This document shows, piece by piece, positions 60,600 to 63,051 of a DNA stretch of 63,051 nucleotides. The stretch spans positions 1 through 63,051 of the forward strand of contig JAHDCJ010000012.1 of the NCBI GenBank assembly GCA_020629935.1. Reading direction: 5' to 3'. The stretch's first letter is position 1. Every line of letters begins with the position of its first letter. The notes below the pieces were generated by a model. The model worked only from the letters and a program-made list of their open reading frames with translations, made no database searches and was not told the origin of the DNA. The stretch is from Saprospiraceae bacterium (lineage in GTDB: Bacteria > Bacteroidota > Bacteroidia > Chitinophagales > Saprospiraceae). The translations under genes and the position numbers were made by a program.

Positions 60600-62351
60600 A
60601 TGAAAAAACTTACACTATTTATACTTGCGTTGATTTGGATTCAAATGGGCTTTTCTCAAGATCGTCATTTTACAAACGAAGGGGTCATCCCTTTTAGTCT
60701 AAATCCAGCCTCTACCGGGCAATTCGAGGAGGACTTTCGAGTCGCTCTTCAATATCGAAATCAATGGAGCTCTATTTCTAAAGGATATAATACTTATGCT
60801 TTAGGTTTTGATCATCATTTACAAAATTTTGCTTGGGGACTGACCACTAACCAAAATAAAGCAGGACAATCTGGATTTAGTAAAACAAGCATCGCCCTTT
60901 CTGGTGCGTATCATCAAGCCTTAGGCGCTGGTAGTCGACTTTCTTTCGGAGCGAATGTTGGTTTTATGAATTACAGAATCGATCCCACCAAATTACAATT
61001 TGGAAGTCAATACCATGCTGAATTAGGTTTTGATCCAAATATAGGAAGCGGGGAAGATTTTATAAATACTAAATTGAATTTACCTGATCTTGGAGTTGGT
61101 TTACAATTAGAATTGCCTATGGGTAAAAATGGAAGTTCGTTTACCTCAGGATTTTCTTTGGCTCATCTAATTGCGGCTAAAGATAATTTGCTTGAAGGAG
61201 AAATGAGTAGTTTGCCTATGCGATTAGCCATTCAATCTTCCATGAAGTTAGCCGTTAATTCTAAGATTCAAGTAGAACCGATGCTTCAATTAAAAACACA
61301 AACTAATTTTAAGGAATGGCTTGCAAATATAAATGTGCATTATCAAGTCAACGAAAATGCGGTGTTGACCGCAGGAGGAGGATATCGATTAAAAGATGCT
61401 TTTTTCTTAAATACGGCATTGGATTTTAATAAAGTGAAGCTAAGCTTAAGCTATGAGGTTAATACTTCTTCTTTTAGAAAAGCTACGAATGGAATGGGTG
61501 CTATCGAGCTTGGATTGAGTTATCGATTTAAAGCAAAATCCAATCAATTATTTAACCCAAAGCAAAATATCATTGAACTTCCTCAGGTACAGCCTGCAAA
61601 CAAATCAGAAATTTTGGATACCGATTATGACGGTATACCCGATCAAACAGATCGTTGTCCTTATGTAGCTGGTAGCCCAAAATTTAATGGATGTAGAGAT
61701 TTAGATGAAGATGGGATACCCGATATTGATGATGCTTGTCCAAGATTAAAAGGTCAGTTTTCAGAAAAAGGCTGCCCATTGACTAACCAAGATTCAGATA
61801 AAGATGGAATTCCTGATATCGAAGATCGTTGTGTTTGGATGAAAGGAACCGCAAGTTTTGAAGGTTGCCCTGATACCGACAATGATGGTATCGCTGACCC
61901 AGATGACTTTTGTCCCTATCTAAAAGGAACAAATCCTAAAGGCTGCCCTTTAAGCCAAATTGATATTACAGAACCTAAAACGATTTCTCGAAATATGGAG
62001 CCAATTACGCAAAGTAAACGATTAACGGTCATTGTCGAATTTGATACAGATCAAACGAATATCAAATCACAATATGTGAATCCGTTAAATGAGGCGGTAG
62101 ATTTTATTAGAAATTGTAGTACTTGTCAAGTCATTTTAGAAGGACATACAGACAGTGAAGGAAATGTGGATTATAATTATGATTTGGGTTATCGGAGAGC
62201 CAAAGCAGTAGAAGCATATCTGAATAATGCAGGAGTATCACCATATAAGATGCAGAAAATTTCATATGGAGAAAATCGACCTGCAGCAGATAATTTTAAT
62301 TTGTATGGCAAAGCGAAGAATAGAAGAGTGTTAGTCGTCATCGTTCAATAA
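60600..62351 (+). CDS. PorP/SprF-family T9SS membrane protein fused to thrombospondin type 3 repeats and an OmpA-like C-terminal domain
   Basis: Signal peptide, then FSLNPASTGQF...LQYRNQWSSI (PorP/SprF start). There are four Asp-rich TSP3 repeats (DTDYDGIPDQTDRCP, DLDEDGIPDIDDACP, DSDKDGIPDIEDRC, DTDNDGIADPDDFCP). The OmpA_C signature is LEGHTDSEGNVDYNYDLGYRRAKAV...NRRVLVVI. An alternative start is ATG 60570. Confidence 0.85.
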   Translation: MKKLTLFILALIWIQMGFSQDRHFTNEGVIPFSLNPASTGQFEEDFRVALQYRNQWSSISKGYNTYALGFDHHLQNFAWGLTTNQNKAGQSGFSKTSIALSGAYHQALGAGSRLSFGANVGFMNYRIDPTKLQFGSQYHAELGFDPNIGSGEDFINTKLNLPDLGVGLQLELPMGKNGSSFTSGFSLAHLIAAKDNLLEGEMSSLPMRLAIQSSMKLAVNSKIQVEPMLQLKTQTNFKEWLANINVHYQVNENAVLTAGGGYRLKDAFFLNTALDFNKVKLSLSYEVNTSSFRKATNGMGAIELGLSYRFKAKSNQLFNPKQNIIELPQVQPANKSEILDTDYDGIPDQTDRCPYVAGSPKFNGCRDLDEDGIPDIDDACPRLKGQFSEKGCPLTNQDSDKDGIPDIEDRCVWMKGTASFEGCPDTDNDGIADPDDFCPYLKGTNPKGCPLSQIDITEPKTISRNMEPITQSKRLTVIVEFDTDQTNIKSQYVNPLNEAVDFIRNCSTCQVILEGHTDSEGNVDYNYDLGYRRAKAVEAYLNNAGVSPYKMQKISYGENRPAADNFNLYGKAKNRRVLVVIVQ

Positions 62352-62362
62352 AAAATAGTATT

Positions 62363-63051
62363 ATGTTTATTATTATTAAAAGTATTTTAGTGGCATTATT
62401 TTCATATGGGGTATCAAATAGTCTCTTGCCATTCGTTGTACAATGGGGGAATATTAAACATCTTCAAGAAAAAAAGGATGACCGTAAAATACATGTAGAA
62501 GAAGTACATGCCTTAGGAGGAGTCGGAATTTTTATTACTACTTGGTTACTTATTATGTGTCTGCCAGGGATACCGAGTTTGGGATTATTGTTGGCGAGTT
62601 TACTTCTTTTCATCACGGGATTAGTCGATGACTTAATCAATCTTAGTGCTTTTGTTCGATTTGGTGTTCAAATTTTAACGGGTATTATTTTATGCCAAAG
62701 TGGTTGGGTTTTATATCTCGATTTTTTACCCTTTCAATCGTTCTATTTAGTTCCTGAGATGGTAACCATTTTCTTTTTTGTATTACTTATCAATGCCTAT
62801 AATTTTATTGATGGGATTAATGGATTGGCTGGATCATTAGGCGCATTCCATAGTTTATTATTTGGTTTAGTTTTTCTCTTTTTGGGTATGCCTGTATGGG
62901 GATTAATTTGCTTTATTTTATTGGGTAGTCTATTGGGTTTTCTACGTTTTAATTTTGGAAAGGCGAAGATTTTTATGGGAGATAATGGTTCTACTTTCAT
63001 TGGATTGATGATGGGAGTTTTTAGCATTGTTTTTATGAAAGAAGCGAGTAC
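62363..63051 (+). CDS. MraY/WecA-family polyprenyl-phosphate N-acetylhexosamine-1-phosphate transferase; 3' end outside the window
   Basis: My own translation from ATG 62363 gives MFIIIIKSILVALFSYG...GLVDDLINL...LLINAYNFIDGINGLAG...FMGDNGSTFIGLMMG. It stays open to the window end and has no track entry because there is no stop. Confidence 0.85.
   Translation, partial: MFIIIKSILVALFSYGVSNSLLPFVVQWGNIKHLQEKKDDRKIHVEEVHALGGVGIFITTWLLIMCLPGIPSLGLLLASLLLFITGLVDDLINLSAFVRFGVQILTGIILCQSGWVLYLDFLPFQSFYLVPEMVTIFFFVLLINAYNFIDGINGLAGSLGAFHSLLFGLVFLFLGMPVWGLICFILLGSLLGFLRFNFGKAKIFMGDNGSTFIGLMMGVFSIVFMKEAS

Noticed and set aside
1-63051. A search for CRISPR arrays, transposases, integrases or IS ends, prophage or defence-island genes, and rRNA or tRNA genes.
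   Set aside because: I saw no regularly spaced direct repeats and no DDE or tyrosine-recombinase-like ORFs. I also saw no tRNA cloverleaf or rRNA signatures in any spacer. Apart from the 55.3-57.1 kb region, the window looks like core chromosome.

Overview
This 63-kb window comes from an AT-rich Bacteroidota chromosome (Flavobacteriia/Cytophagia-like). Supporting signs are TAnnTTTG -7 promoter boxes, T9SS sorting domains and a short sigma-A. I support 54 protein-coding genes, two of them truncated at the window edges, and most are ordinary core genes: rpoD, a long-form GAPDH, rocD, mltG, gmhB, purA, pabB, lipA, tdk, pfkA and rfaE1. The largest functional block (25.2-42.4 kb) is a contiguous respiratory supercluster: alternative complex III actABCDEF, then cytochrome c oxidase subunits II, I, III (two copies) and IV, heme O synthase, an SCO copper chaperone and a DUF420 protein. 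A Fur-family regulator and a STAS protein follow it. Three secreted T9SS substrates are present, two with type A CTDs and one with a type B CTD. The type B cargo sits next to a PorP/SprF-TSP3-OmpA fusion and is flanked by glycan-synthesis genes. I found no rRNA, tRNA, CRISPR array, transposase, integrase or recognisable defence system. The most unusual stretch is a 1.8-kb region with no credible coding capacity (55.3-57.1 kb). It contains a cluster of DnaA-box-like 9-mers, a dense array of CTTAG/CTAAG pentamers, several hairpins, a locally GC-richer hairpin with a tRNA D-arm-like loop, and a strong bidirectional intrinsic terminator. It could be an oriC-like or regulatory region, or one or more undescribed ncRNAs; I cannot decide from sequence alone. 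Secondary curiosities are an ActE-OmpA fusion, His-rich tracts in five proteins of the respiratory cluster, and an isolated 93-nt GC-rich island upstream of rocD. Many ORF-track entries are antisense or out-of-frame shadows inside conserved genes, and I rejected them.
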